Assembly: GCA_043780395.1 (NCBI GenBank)
Contig: JAYWCR010000025.1
Span: 1 to 44,710 of the forward strand
DNA from: Sphingobacteriales bacterium
GTDB lineage: Bacteria > Bacteroidota > Bacteroidia > Sphingobacteriales > Sphingobacteriaceae
Length of the DNA: 44,710 bases
Direction of reading: 5' to 3'
Numbering within the stretch: the stretch's first letter is position 1; every line of letters begins with the position of its first letter. Both the position numbers and the translations under genes were made by a program. Below the pieces are notes generated by a model. The model made no database searches, was not told the DNA's origin, and worked only from the letters and a program-made list of their open reading frames with translations. Below are positions 16,540 to 24,402 of this stretch, in pieces.

Positions 16540-17085
16540 TTATTTAATGAGGTCCATTTTCAATGCCCGCCCTGTAACCTGGAACAGTTCTGCCACCAGA
16601 ATGAAATCTTCAGGCAGTGAATAATCCAGCAGTTTCTGCACAGTAAAATCTTTTAGACAGAAAGAAAGATCTGTTCCTTCAGGAACTTTATAAATGCGGC
16701 CATCTGCCACCATCTGCCTGAATTTATAAAATTTTATATTTGCAAGGCTTATAAAAGTTTCTCCTGCTTTTATATAGCTGTGAAAGTAAACATTTCCAAT
16801 ACTTATGAATGCAGGAATATATCTTTTACCTACTTCCTGCATGCTTATCTGCTGTTTCTGACTTTCCAGAAAACCTGCACAGGATACAATGCTGGCCTGA
16901 GCAAAAGCCTCTATCTGGTCGACACCGCGAAAAATACCAAAATGGTCGGCTACATCTTTCCCGGTAGGCGTATAACTTGCTATTATGCCTGCAAGAGGCT
17001 CATGCCATAAAAAGGCATTGATCATCAGTTTTGAAGGTCCGTAGCTGAGCACATCTGCGGGAGCTGATCCCAGGAGGTTTTTCAA
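16540..17085 (-). CDS. Hotdog-fold dehydratase (FabZ/FabA-like), divergent
   Basis: 'DHFGIFRGVDQIEAFAQAS' resembles the FabZ 'HFP..PV.PGV...EA.AQ' block with catalytic His and Glu. It starts with TTG, which overlaps the FabG-like stop (TTGA at 17082-17085). Confidence 0.6.
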   Translation of the reverse strand: MKNLLGSAPADVLSYGPSKLMINAFLWHEPLAGIIASYTPTGKDVADHFGIFRGVDQIEAFAQASIVSCAGFLESQKQQISMQEVGKRYIPAFISIGNVYFHSYIKAGETFISLANIKFYKFRQMVADGRIYKVPEGTDLSFCLKDFTVQKLLDYSLPEDFILVAELFQVTGRALKMDLIK

Positions 17086-17804
17086 ATCAGCCCCCCGTTT
17101 ACCGGAATGTTACTTCCATTTATATAAGCTGCTTTTTCTGAAATGAGAAAAAGAATAGTTTCTGCAATTTCTTCTGTGCTTCCAAAGCGCCTGAGCGGAA
17201 TCATGGCCTCATATCTTTCCTTATCAGAAGTTCCCAGCCCATCGGCCATGCGGGTATGTATAAAGCCTGGAGAAACACTCAGTATCCTTATTTTATGAGA
17301 TTCATGCAGATAGGAGGCTTCTTTAGCCAGCGACTTTGAAAAAGCAATAAGCCCCGCCTTTGTAGCCGCATACACCGACTGAAAGGCATTGCCTGTTTCT
17401 GCCACACAGGAACTTATATTGATGATCACACCTTCTTTTTTAAGGTTAAAGATTTTCATGGCTGTTTTACTGATCATCACAGGGGCTTTCAGGTTTACCT
17501 GGATCATTGTATCAATTTCTTTTTCAGGTTGAAAAAGAAGTGATTTATCAAAAGACAGGCCGGCATTGTTTATAACTGCATAAAGAGATTCACTATGGTC
17601 TTGTTTGAGCTGCCTGCAAAAAGCCTGAAGCTGGTCATTCTCGGAAAAATCTGCACAGAGCGCATACTGCCCCGGCTGAAGTTCGGGCAGGTTTTCAGAC
17701 CTTGAGGCATGCAGGATCAGGTCATAATGCGGAGCAAGTGCCCTGGCAATAGCAAGGCCTATGCCTCTCCCTGCTCCGGTGATCAATACCTTTGGTCTAC
17801 TCAT
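17082..17804 (-). CDS. 3-oxoacyl-ACP reductase, FabG-like (SDR)
   Basis: 'ITGAGRGIGLAIA' cofactor motif, 'NNAG', and 'YAATKAGLIAFSKSLA' (YxxxK). Confidence 0.85.
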   Translation of the reverse strand: MSRPKVLITGAGRGIGLAIARALAPHYDLILHASRSENLPELQPGQYALCADFSENDQLQAFCRQLKQDHSESLYAVINNAGLSFDKSLLFQPEKEIDTMIQVNLKAPVMISKTAMKIFNLKKEGVIINISSCVAETGNAFQSVYAATKAGLIAFSKSLAKEASYLHESHKIRILSVSPGFIHTRMADGLGTSDKERYEAMIPLRRFGSTEEIAETILFLISEKAAYINGSNIPVNGGLI

Positions 17805-17830
17805 TGCATACTGAACTTCTTGGATGTTAA

Positions 17831-19435
17831 CTAGTTAATGCTTCCCGGCACTTGGTTTTCAGGCTCAAACCTGTTCATCAGGTTTAGCAATACGCCATTT
17901 GTCCATCCGAAGCCATCCTGCAAGCTATATTCTCCGCCCCCAGCTTTCAAATTTGTATCAATAACATTGTACTTCTCTACCAGCTTGCCTGTCTGTTCAA
18001 AGACATTTTTATTGAGCCTGATCCAGCGTTCTGCAATTGTTGCGGCAAGCTCTTTAAAACCATAATTCATCAGACCGTCTATGGCTATATATTCCAGCGG
18101 AGCCCAGCCATTGGGTGAGTCCCATTGCTGGCCTGATCGGTTAAGTGTGGTTACCAGCCCCCCGGCCTGTAAAAATCCGGATTTAAGGCGTTCGGCAGTT
18201 TTCAGGGCCTGGAACTGGGAGGCAATTCCGAATTCCAGAGGGAAAACACCCGCCAGGGTTTCCACAGACTCAATTTTTTCTTTTTTGAAATTATAATCCT
18301 TGAACCAGCCCTTCTTATCATCCCAGCAATATTTAAGGATTGCCTTGCGCCGGGCAGCGGCCTTTTTACGGAAATTCAGGCTTGAAACTTTATCGCCTGA
18401 AATAGAATAAGACCTTGCTATGGTTAGCTCCAGGTGATAAAGCAGGCAGTTCAGGTCTACGGCAAGCAGGTCAGTGGTCTGGATGCCGGAAAGGCTTCCG
18501 GAATCACCAAACCAGCGCGTGCTGAAATCCCAGCCCGATTCAGCTGCCGCCCTGATATTGCGGTAATAATCAGCAGGCAGTTCTTTGGTTTTTAGTACTG
18601 ATTCTACATCCTGCCTGTATGATTCTTCACGGGGCTGGTCACTGCTATCCCAATAGCGGTTCAAAAAGGATCCATCAGGTAACTTAACCAGGTTTCTATA
18701 CGCATGGCCAGCGCCCAGTGTATCCTTCCCCTGCATCCAGAAATTATATTCGGCCAGGAGTTCCTTTCTGTAAAGAGGCAATATCGATTCACCCTTGTCT
18801 TTGGCAAGCAGTTCTACCATGAGCGAAAAAAATGGTGGTTGTGAACGGCTCAGGTAATAGGTACGGGTGCCGTTGGGGATGAATCCATACCGGTCGATCA
18901 GGTTGGCAAAGTTCCGGATCATATTGTCGATCATGCCGGTCTGCCGGCTTTCCTGCAGGCCAAGCATTGTAAAATAGGAATCCCAGTAATAGATCTCCCG
19001 GAAACGCCCGCCGGGAATGATGAAATCGGCATTTAATGGTAACAGGGAAGAATGGGCTGCTGTATCATGGTACCTGTACAGTACCTGCCAGAGTGTATCT
19101 ATATGGGCACGGATCCCTTTCTTAAGGTCTGTTTTGAAGTTAATTCCGCTTCCTTCAGGAGGGCTGAAATTCCTTGCGGTAAATTCAGCGAGGCTGAAAC
19201 CCGGCCTGTTCTTTTCAGCGGTATACCTTTGCATGATCAGGGCAGGATCTACCTTCGGACTCATATCAACGAAGGTTTTATTGTCAGGAAACACATTGTT
19301 AAGCTGCACAGCTTCAAAAAGGCCTGGATAAAGCTGCCGGGGTGTAAGGGTCTGGGAACTGCCCGGCTGGCTCAGCAGGCAGCAGAATGCAATGAAGAAC
19401 AGCCTGTAAATATTGCTGCGTAGTGATCTTTTCAT
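17831..19435 (-). CDS. treA: Periplasmic trehalase (GH37)
   Basis: Signal peptide plus trehalase signatures 'PGGRFREIYYWDSYF' and 'QWDSPNGWAPL'. Confidence 0.92.
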   Translation of the reverse strand: MKRSLRSNIYRLFFIAFCCLLSQPGSSQTLTPRQLYPGLFEAVQLNNVFPDNKTFVDMSPKVDPALIMQRYTAEKNRPGFSLAEFTARNFSPPEGSGINFKTDLKKGIRAHIDTLWQVLYRYHDTAAHSSLLPLNADFIIPGGRFREIYYWDSYFTMLGLQESRQTGMIDNMIRNFANLIDRYGFIPNGTRTYYLSRSQPPFFSLMVELLAKDKGESILPLYRKELLAEYNFWMQGKDTLGAGHAYRNLVKLPDGSFLNRYWDSSDQPREESYRQDVESVLKTKELPADYYRNIRAAAESGWDFSTRWFGDSGSLSGIQTTDLLAVDLNCLLYHLELTIARSYSISGDKVSSLNFRKKAAARRKAILKYCWDDKKGWFKDYNFKKEKIESVETLAGVFPLEFGIASQFQALKTAERLKSGFLQAGGLVTTLNRSGQQWDSPNGWAPLEYIAIDGLMNYGFKELAATIAERWIRLNKNVFEQTGKLVEKYNVIDTNLKAGGGEYSLQDGFGWTNGVLLNLMNRFEPENQVPGSIN

Positions 19436-19512
19436 AAAGTATATTCAGGTTTCCTGATCAGTAAAGATATAAGTATCTCGGGCGCAGAGGTGTTTAGAGG
19501 TAGAAAATCCTG

Positions 19513-20265
19513 TCAGCATTCAGGTAAATTTCCTGTATGCTCTTTGTAGGTGAATGGATCCAGGGCTTCGGGCTGGTTGGCATTGGTTTTTGGATTGTGA
19601 ATGTCCATATGTACCGTATAGGCATGCATCTTTTCAGCAGGGTAAGGCTTTATAAAAGTGTTTGCCTCTGCGGCAGTAAATTCAGGGTCAAGCCATTGCT
19701 GTTCATGCTCAGGGCGGAGGATGAGAGGCATGCGTTCCTTTACATTATGCACCAGCTTCATCAATGGGTTTGCTTCTACTGTCAGAATGGAAAAGGTCGG
19801 GTGAGCAAGCCTCGTTTGAGGATCTGTCCAGGTATTGAAAATTCCGGCAAGTGAAAAGATCTCCCGGTCTCTGAGGTGAATATGATAAGGGATGCTTAAT
19901 GGTTTTCCCTTTTCAGATGGGAGGGTATGGGATTCAAAGAACCCTGTTACCGGGATCAGGCAGCGCTGGCCTCTGGCCCATGCATCTTTGAACGATGCCT
20001 TTGCACCCAGCTCTTCAGCCCTTGCATTTGCCACGCCCAGCATGCGCTGCACGGCATTTTCATATGATCTTTCCCAGGGCGGAATAAAGCCCCAGGTAAA
20101 GGCATTGAAGACTAGAGGGCTTTCTGTGGTCAGAACCTCCACAACCGGATGCATGAAAGCGGCCAGGTGATAGTAAGGATTCATGCTTTCATTCTCCGTA
20201 AAGCTTGCTCCATACCGTTCCTGCAAGGCTTTCTTTGTTGCTTTATTGGAGATCCGGTAACACAT
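19513..20265 (-). CDS. SOS-response-associated peptidase (SRAP/YedK, abasic-site processing protein)
   Basis: Starts 'MCYR' (catalytic Cys2). 250 aa, with an 'RCLIPVTGFFE' core and 'ERMPLIL' motif. Confidence 0.85.
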   Translation of the reverse strand: MCYRISNKATKKALQERYGASFTENESMNPYYHLAAFMHPVVEVLTTESPLVFNAFTWGFIPPWERSYENAVQRMLGVANARAEELGAKASFKDAWARGQRCLIPVTGFFESHTLPSEKGKPLSIPYHIHLRDREIFSLAGIFNTWTDPQTRLAHPTFSILTVEANPLMKLVHNVKERMPLILRPEHEQQWLDPEFTAAEANTFIKPYPAEKMHAYTVHMDIHNPKTNANQPEALDPFTYKEHTGNLPEC

Positions 20266-20310
20266 AGAAGAGATTTTATTGGTGAAGGTAGCAGGAAATT
20301 ATTTATTCAT

Positions 20311-20349
20311 AAAAAAAACCCTCTTCTAGCTATCTAAAAGAGGGTTTTT
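20311..20349 (-). terminator. Rho-independent terminator downstream of tRNA-Leu(CAG)
   Basis: Perfect 11-bp stem aaaaccctctt / aagagggtttt (20315-20325 / 20338-20348), followed on the minus strand by a T8 run. Confidence 0.7.
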
Positions 20350-20358
20350 AATTTAAGG

Positions 20359-20441
20359 TGCCCAGGGGGGGACTCGAACCCCCAAGGATAAACTCCAACG
20401 GCTTCTGAGACCGCAACGTTTGCCAATTTCGCCACCTGGGC
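20359..20441 (-). tRNA. tRNA-Leu (anticodon CAG), type II with a long variable arm
   Basis: The reverse complement folds by hand: acceptor GCCCAGG/CCTGGGC, anticodon stem GCGGT/GCCGT with loop CTCAGAA, variable arm, and T-arm GGGGG-TTCGAGT-CCCCC. CCA is not encoded. Confidence 0.85.
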
Positions 20442-20456
20442 TTTTTTAAGAGGATG

Positions 20457-20464
20457 CAAATCTA
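20457..20464 (-). promoter_or_regulatory. -7 promoter box TAGATTTG (TAnnTTTG) for tRNA-Leu(CAG)
   Basis: Perfect consensus on the minus strand, about 16 nt upstream of the tRNA 5' end. Confidence 0.45.
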
Positions 20465-20732
20465 ATCTCTTTTTTCACTTTACAAAATGTTTTTTTAGTT
20501 GATAACTGGTCTGACAGCCATATATGGGGTGTTCACCTGGTTTAATATTCTGATAATCAGATTTATTAATGATCAATGTCACATTTAATTCATGAATATA
20601 TGTTTGTATACCTAATCAGCCGGAAATAAATTAAAATGATAATTACGTAATCAAATTGCCTCCATATTTGTAATATAAATAGTACAAAAAGCATAGCATT
20701 CTTCATCTACCAGGCATTTTAAGAACAGCATT

Positions 20733-22703
20733 ATGAAAACATCCATTACAAATCAGATTGGTATAATAGATCTCGTAATTTTTTCATTTTTTGCTCTGTT
20801 TTTTTCTTCACTTGTTGTGAATGCACATGCATTTTCCTTTCATACCGCTGATTCTTCTACGAAAGTTCTTACCGGTTCTTCAAAAACCTATATCCAGCAA
20901 GGCGTTAAATTAAACGGTCTTGGTTCGGTAAAAGAAGCCGGGCTTGGATATTCCATTTCTGTAAGTGGAGATGGAAATACAGCTGTTACCGGGGGTTTTT
21001 CGGATAACGATGGTATAGGTGCAGCATGGATCTTTACCCGCAGAAATGCTTCCTGGGTACAGCAGGGAAGCAAGCTCATAGGAACTGGTGCTGTAGGAAT
21101 GGCACATCAGGGTATTTCGGTTGCTATCAGTAATGATGGTCATACGGCTATAGTAGGTGGGTTTACAGATAATTCAGGAATTGGTGCTGCATGGATCTAT
21201 ATCCTGCATGAGGGTACCTGGATCCAGCAGGGAGAAAAGCTGGTTGGCTCTGACTTTACCGCCACGCCCAATCAGGGGATTTCTGTCTCTATAAGCAGGG
21301 ATGGAAATACGGCCCTTGTGGGTGGCCTGCATGATCATATTAACAAGGGTGCTGCCTGGGTCTATACACGGGTAAATGGTACCTGGACCCAGCAGGGAAT
21401 GAAACTTATCGGAAGTGCTGGTTCGGAGAATGATCTGCAGGGTTGTGCCGTAAGTATAAGCGGTGACGGCACTACAGCCCTGGTAGGCGGGTTCGGCAAT
21501 AATTCAACAACAGGGGCAGTATGGGTTTTTGCCCGGAGCCCTCTGGGCTGGGTGCAGCAGGGTTTGAAGCTGGTGGGTACCGGCGCGGGTAATGGAGGGC
21601 AGGGTCTTGCAGTTTCTCTGAGTAATGACGGAAATACCGCTCTTGTTGGTGGGTACGCAGACAATCACAATACCGGCGCCGCATGGATCTTTTCCCGCTC
21701 AAGATCTGCATGGTTACAGCAGGGAGCAAAAATTGTAGGTACAGGAGCCGTCGGTGCAGCCAGCCAGGGCCGGGCGGTCGCTTTAAGCGCGAATGGAAGC
21801 ACAGCCATCATTGGAGGCTATTATGATAGCCTGGGTGCAGGTGCGGCCTGGATCTTCAAATGCCATAAAGGCAGCTGGTCACAGCAGGGTTCCAAGATCG
21901 TAGGTCAGGGTTTTGATAGATCACAGCAGGGCCGTTCAGTGGCCCTTAGCTCAGATGGAAGTACAGCCATGGTGGGCGGCTCTGGTGATTCCAGTGGGGT
22001 AGGCGCTGCCTGGGTTCTTACGGGTGAAGGCGCAGAGGCTGATATTGACAGTTCTGAAGATGAAATAGCCTCAGCTCCGCTAAAAGTAACGTATACTCCC
22101 CTGAGCCGTGTGTTCTCAGCAGATCTGGCAAGCCTGACTACCGTTCAGCTAGAATCTGAATTATCGTTCAGCCCTGCTACACTGGATTACCTGGTAACTG
22201 TTGAAAATTCAATCATTTATTATACAATTCTACCTCTTGCTCACGATTCAGATGCAAGGATCAGTTTGAACGGCGTTCTGCTGAAGAAAGGGGCTTCAGG
22301 TACCATGTCTCTTGGAATAGGGTCAAATGTATTTCATGTCAGTGTGCTTGCTGCAGACGGGATCACCAAAAAAGAATATCTGCTGACCATAAACAAACTT
22401 GCCGCTCCAGCCAGACAACAGGGAATTCAGGCAACAAATATTCTGACCCCCAATGGCGATGGGGTAAATGATACCTGGTTAGTGAAAGATGTTCAGAACT
22501 ATCCCCGCAATCATGTAGCGGTTTATAATTCTGCCGGGGGGCTTGTCTTTGCAAAAGCAGGTTATGCCAATGAATGGGGCGGTACCTTTAAAGGCCGCGT
22601 CTTACCAGAAGGTTCCTATTATTATGTGGTTGATCTGGGAAATGGTTTTGTGTTCAGAGGCTTTATTTCGATCATGAATACTTTCATTGCTTCGAGTATC
22701 TGA
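20733..22703 (+). CDS. Secreted seven-bladed beta-propeller repeat protein with a beta-sandwich spacer and a T9SS type-B C-terminal sorting domain
   Basis: N-terminal hydrophobic signal, then seven ~54-aa repeats ('..QQG.KL.G.G......G.SV.S.DG.TA.VGG..D..G.GAAW.F'). The C-terminus 'LTPNGDGVNDTWLVKDVQNYP...VYNSAGGLVF...EWGGTFKGRVLPEGSYYYVVDLG' matches the gliding-motility-associated C-terminal domain pattern. Confidence 0.8.
   Translation: MKTSITNQIGIIDLVIFSFFALFFSSLVVNAHAFSFHTADSSTKVLTGSSKTYIQQGVKLNGLGSVKEAGLGYSISVSGDGNTAVTGGFSDNDGIGAAWIFTRRNASWVQQGSKLIGTGAVGMAHQGISVAISNDGHTAIVGGFTDNSGIGAAWIYILHEGTWIQQGEKLVGSDFTATPNQGISVSISRDGNTALVGGLHDHINKGAAWVYTRVNGTWTQQGMKLIGSAGSENDLQGCAVSISGDGTTALVGGFGNNSTTGAVWVFARSPLGWVQQGLKLVGTGAGNGGQGLAVSLSNDGNTALVGGYADNHNTGAAWIFSRSRSAWLQQGAKIVGTGAVGAASQGRAVALSANGSTAIIGGYYDSLGAGAAWIFKCHKGSWSQQGSKIVGQGFDRSQQGRSVALSSDGSTAMVGGSGDSSGVGAAWVLTGEGAEADIDSSEDEIASAPLKVTYTPLSRVFSADLASLTTVQLESELSFSPATLDYLVTVENSIIYYTILPLAHDSDARISLNGVLLKKGASGTMSLGIGSNVFHVSVLAADGITKKEYLLTINKLAAPARQQGIQATNILTPNGDGVNDTWLVKDVQNYPRNHVAVYNSAGGLVFAKAGYANEWGGTFKGRVLPEGSYYYVVDLGNGFVFRGFISIMNTFIASSI
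20889..22040 (+). repeat. Seven tandem ~162-nt (54-aa) intragenic repeats (propeller blades)
   Basis: Each repeat starts at a '(Y/W)xQQG' motif and ends at 'GAAW(I/V)(F/Y)'. Counted directly in the translation. Confidence 0.8.
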
Positions 22704-22738
22704 TCCGTTCTTCCGGAGGTATCAAACTAGTGTCAAAC

Positions 22739-22770
22739 TAAAAAGCCCGTTGCAGAGCAACGGGCTTTTT
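22739..22770. terminator. Bidirectional rho-independent terminator (for the T9SS cargo gene on + and tRNA-Leu(GAG) on -)
   Basis: Stem agcccgttg / caacgggct with loop cagag, flanked by an A-run and a T-run. Confidence 0.75.
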
Positions 22771-22776
22771 CCAACG

Positions 22777-22857
22777 TGCCCAGGACCAGACTCGAACTGG
22801 CATCGGTTTCCCGCCACCCCCTCAAGATGGTGCGTCTACCAATTTCGCCACCTGGGC
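22777..22857 (-). tRNA. tRNA-Leu (anticodon GAG)
   Basis: The reverse complement folds: acceptor GCCCAGG/CCTGGGC, D-arm GCG..CGC, anticodon stem CCATC/GGTGG with loop TTGAGGG, variable arm, and T-arm GCCAG-TTCGAGT-CTGGT. Confidence 0.85.
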
Positions 22858-23052
22858 ATCGTGAACAAGGAATTATTTTTCCCTTTCGGTGGCCGTAAAA
22901 ATACATGCTTGGACTAAAAATTCCTATTCTAAAATGTATTAAAGGCGATTATCTTTGAATAATTTTATAAAAGACTCATCCGCTGAATTTTAACGTTGGC
23001 CGAATATTTGCGCTTTGAGCAAGCTAAATAATTATATTTACCATATTATTCT

Positions 23053-23517
23053 ATGAAGCAGCTTTTTCTGATACTCTTTTTTTTTACTTGTATTCCCCTG
23101 AGCCAGAGTGAGCCAGCCCTGATCATAAGGTCATCTGTGCAGACAGAAGCAGACTTTATTCTGGGCACCTGGCTTTCTGAGAATAAAGAGGGAAAGATTC
23201 TGGTGTATAAAGAAAAGGATAAATATTTTGGAAAGGTCAGCTGGATAAAGCGAAAGAATGCGGATAATTCAGCCATCCTGGATTTTAAAAATCCTGATCC
23301 TGTGCTTAAAAAGCAGGAAGTGCTGGGGCTTGTCATACTAAAAGGCTTTAATTTTGCCGGCGATGATCTTTGGAACGGGGGTACGATCTACGATCCTCTT
23401 TCAGGCAATACGTATTCAAGCAGAATTGTAAAAGCATCATCCACGGTGATCAAGATCCGCGGATTTATAGGGTTACCCATGTTTGGGCGCACCACAGTTT
23501 GGACAAGGGTAAATTAA
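23053..23517 (+). CDS. DUF2147-family secreted protein
   Basis: Signal peptide, then 'GTWLSENKEGKILVY...KYFGKV' and 'GGTIYDPLSGNTYSSRI', typical of DUF2147. Confidence 0.7.
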   Translation: MKQLFLILFFFTCIPLSQSEPALIIRSSVQTEADFILGTWLSENKEGKILVYKEKDKYFGKVSWIKRKNADNSAILDFKNPDPVLKKQEVLGLVILKGFNFAGDDLWNGGTIYDPLSGNTYSSRIVKASSTVIKIRGFIGLPMFGRTTVWTRVN

Positions 23518-23521
23518 CAAG

Positions 23522-24379
23522 ATGGGAAAGGTAGCTTCAACGGGTCTGATCATTTTTGCATTGCTGACGCTGGAATGTGCCTTTTCTGTAAAATGCACTG
23601 AACTTTACCCGGGCCCTGACCAGTCTGTTTCCAAAAAGAAATCCCCGTCAAAAAAAGCAGCCGACCCAACGCTCGTTCATGGCGACAGGGTTGAAAATGT
23701 GATACTTGGAAAGCCGGTTAAAGAAATTCTCTCCATGTATCCTGCTGCAAGAATTCAGAAAGTTCTGGTTTACGATGCCAAGGGGAGCTATGAAAAGCTC
23801 GAAATAATGACTCCTGACCATTCTTCGGTCTTATTTTTTGTGGAGCCCGACTGCAATGCAGATTCGGGTTGTGTCATAAGAAGAATAAATGTGACAAACA
23901 ACCTTTATCATTCACGAAAAAATCTTCGTGTAGGTAAATTCTATGTCGACCTTGTCAGATCTGGTGAATCCCTTAAGGAGGTAAACTGGTTTGAAGGCAA
24001 CCTGATCGCTCAGAGTGCAGAAACAGGGCTCAATTATGTACTTCAGACTAATTTCATCCCCCGGCCCTGGTATACTGATATGAATAAAGATATGCTTCCC
24101 GACAGTACCCGTATTATAGGTATGATGATTTCTGGAAATAATCTGAGAGGGGTAAGCTGGCATGCTGCAGATAGCATAAATAAAAGCATGGCCCTGAAAA
24201 AGGGTAGTCACCCTTCCGGTAATATCTTGTCAGGCATCCATCAGTCGGGCAGGAAACATGTTTCCACAAAAAGATCAAAGAAGAAAGATACAGCACTTGA
24301 TTCCACAGCAGGGATGCTTCTTGAATCTATGGCAGACAGCAGCAAATCAGAGGGCTCCCGCAAATCACTCGTTAAATAG
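23522..24379 (+). CDS. Hypothetical secreted protein with a basic, low-complexity C-terminal tail
   Basis: 285-aa ORF starting 4 nt after the DUF2147 stop. Has an N-terminal hydrophobic segment. No motif recognised. Confidence 0.45.
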   Translation: MGKVASTGLIIFALLTLECAFSVKCTELYPGPDQSVSKKKSPSKKAADPTLVHGDRVENVILGKPVKEILSMYPAARIQKVLVYDAKGSYEKLEIMTPDHSSVLFFVEPDCNADSGCVIRRINVTNNLYHSRKNLRVGKFYVDLVRSGESLKEVNWFEGNLIAQSAETGLNYVLQTNFIPRPWYTDMNKDMLPDSTRIIGMMISGNNLRGVSWHAADSINKSMALKKGSHPSGNILSGIHQSGRKHVSTKRSKKKDTALDSTAGMLLESMADSSKSEGSRKSLVK

Positions 24380-24402
24380 ATACCTGGCAGATCAGGCTGT
24401 TA

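Noticed and set aside
20359-22857. The tRNA-bracketed segment could be a genomic island.
   Set aside because: It holds only one gene. There is no integrase and no direct-repeat att sites beyond the intrinsic tRNA similarity, and no obvious compositional shift by eye. It is kept only as a low-interest synteny question.
22687-22917. A 76-aa ORF from the six-frame track.
   Set aside because: It overlaps the terminator hairpin and the whole tRNA-Leu(GAG) gene on the opposite strand, so it is spurious.
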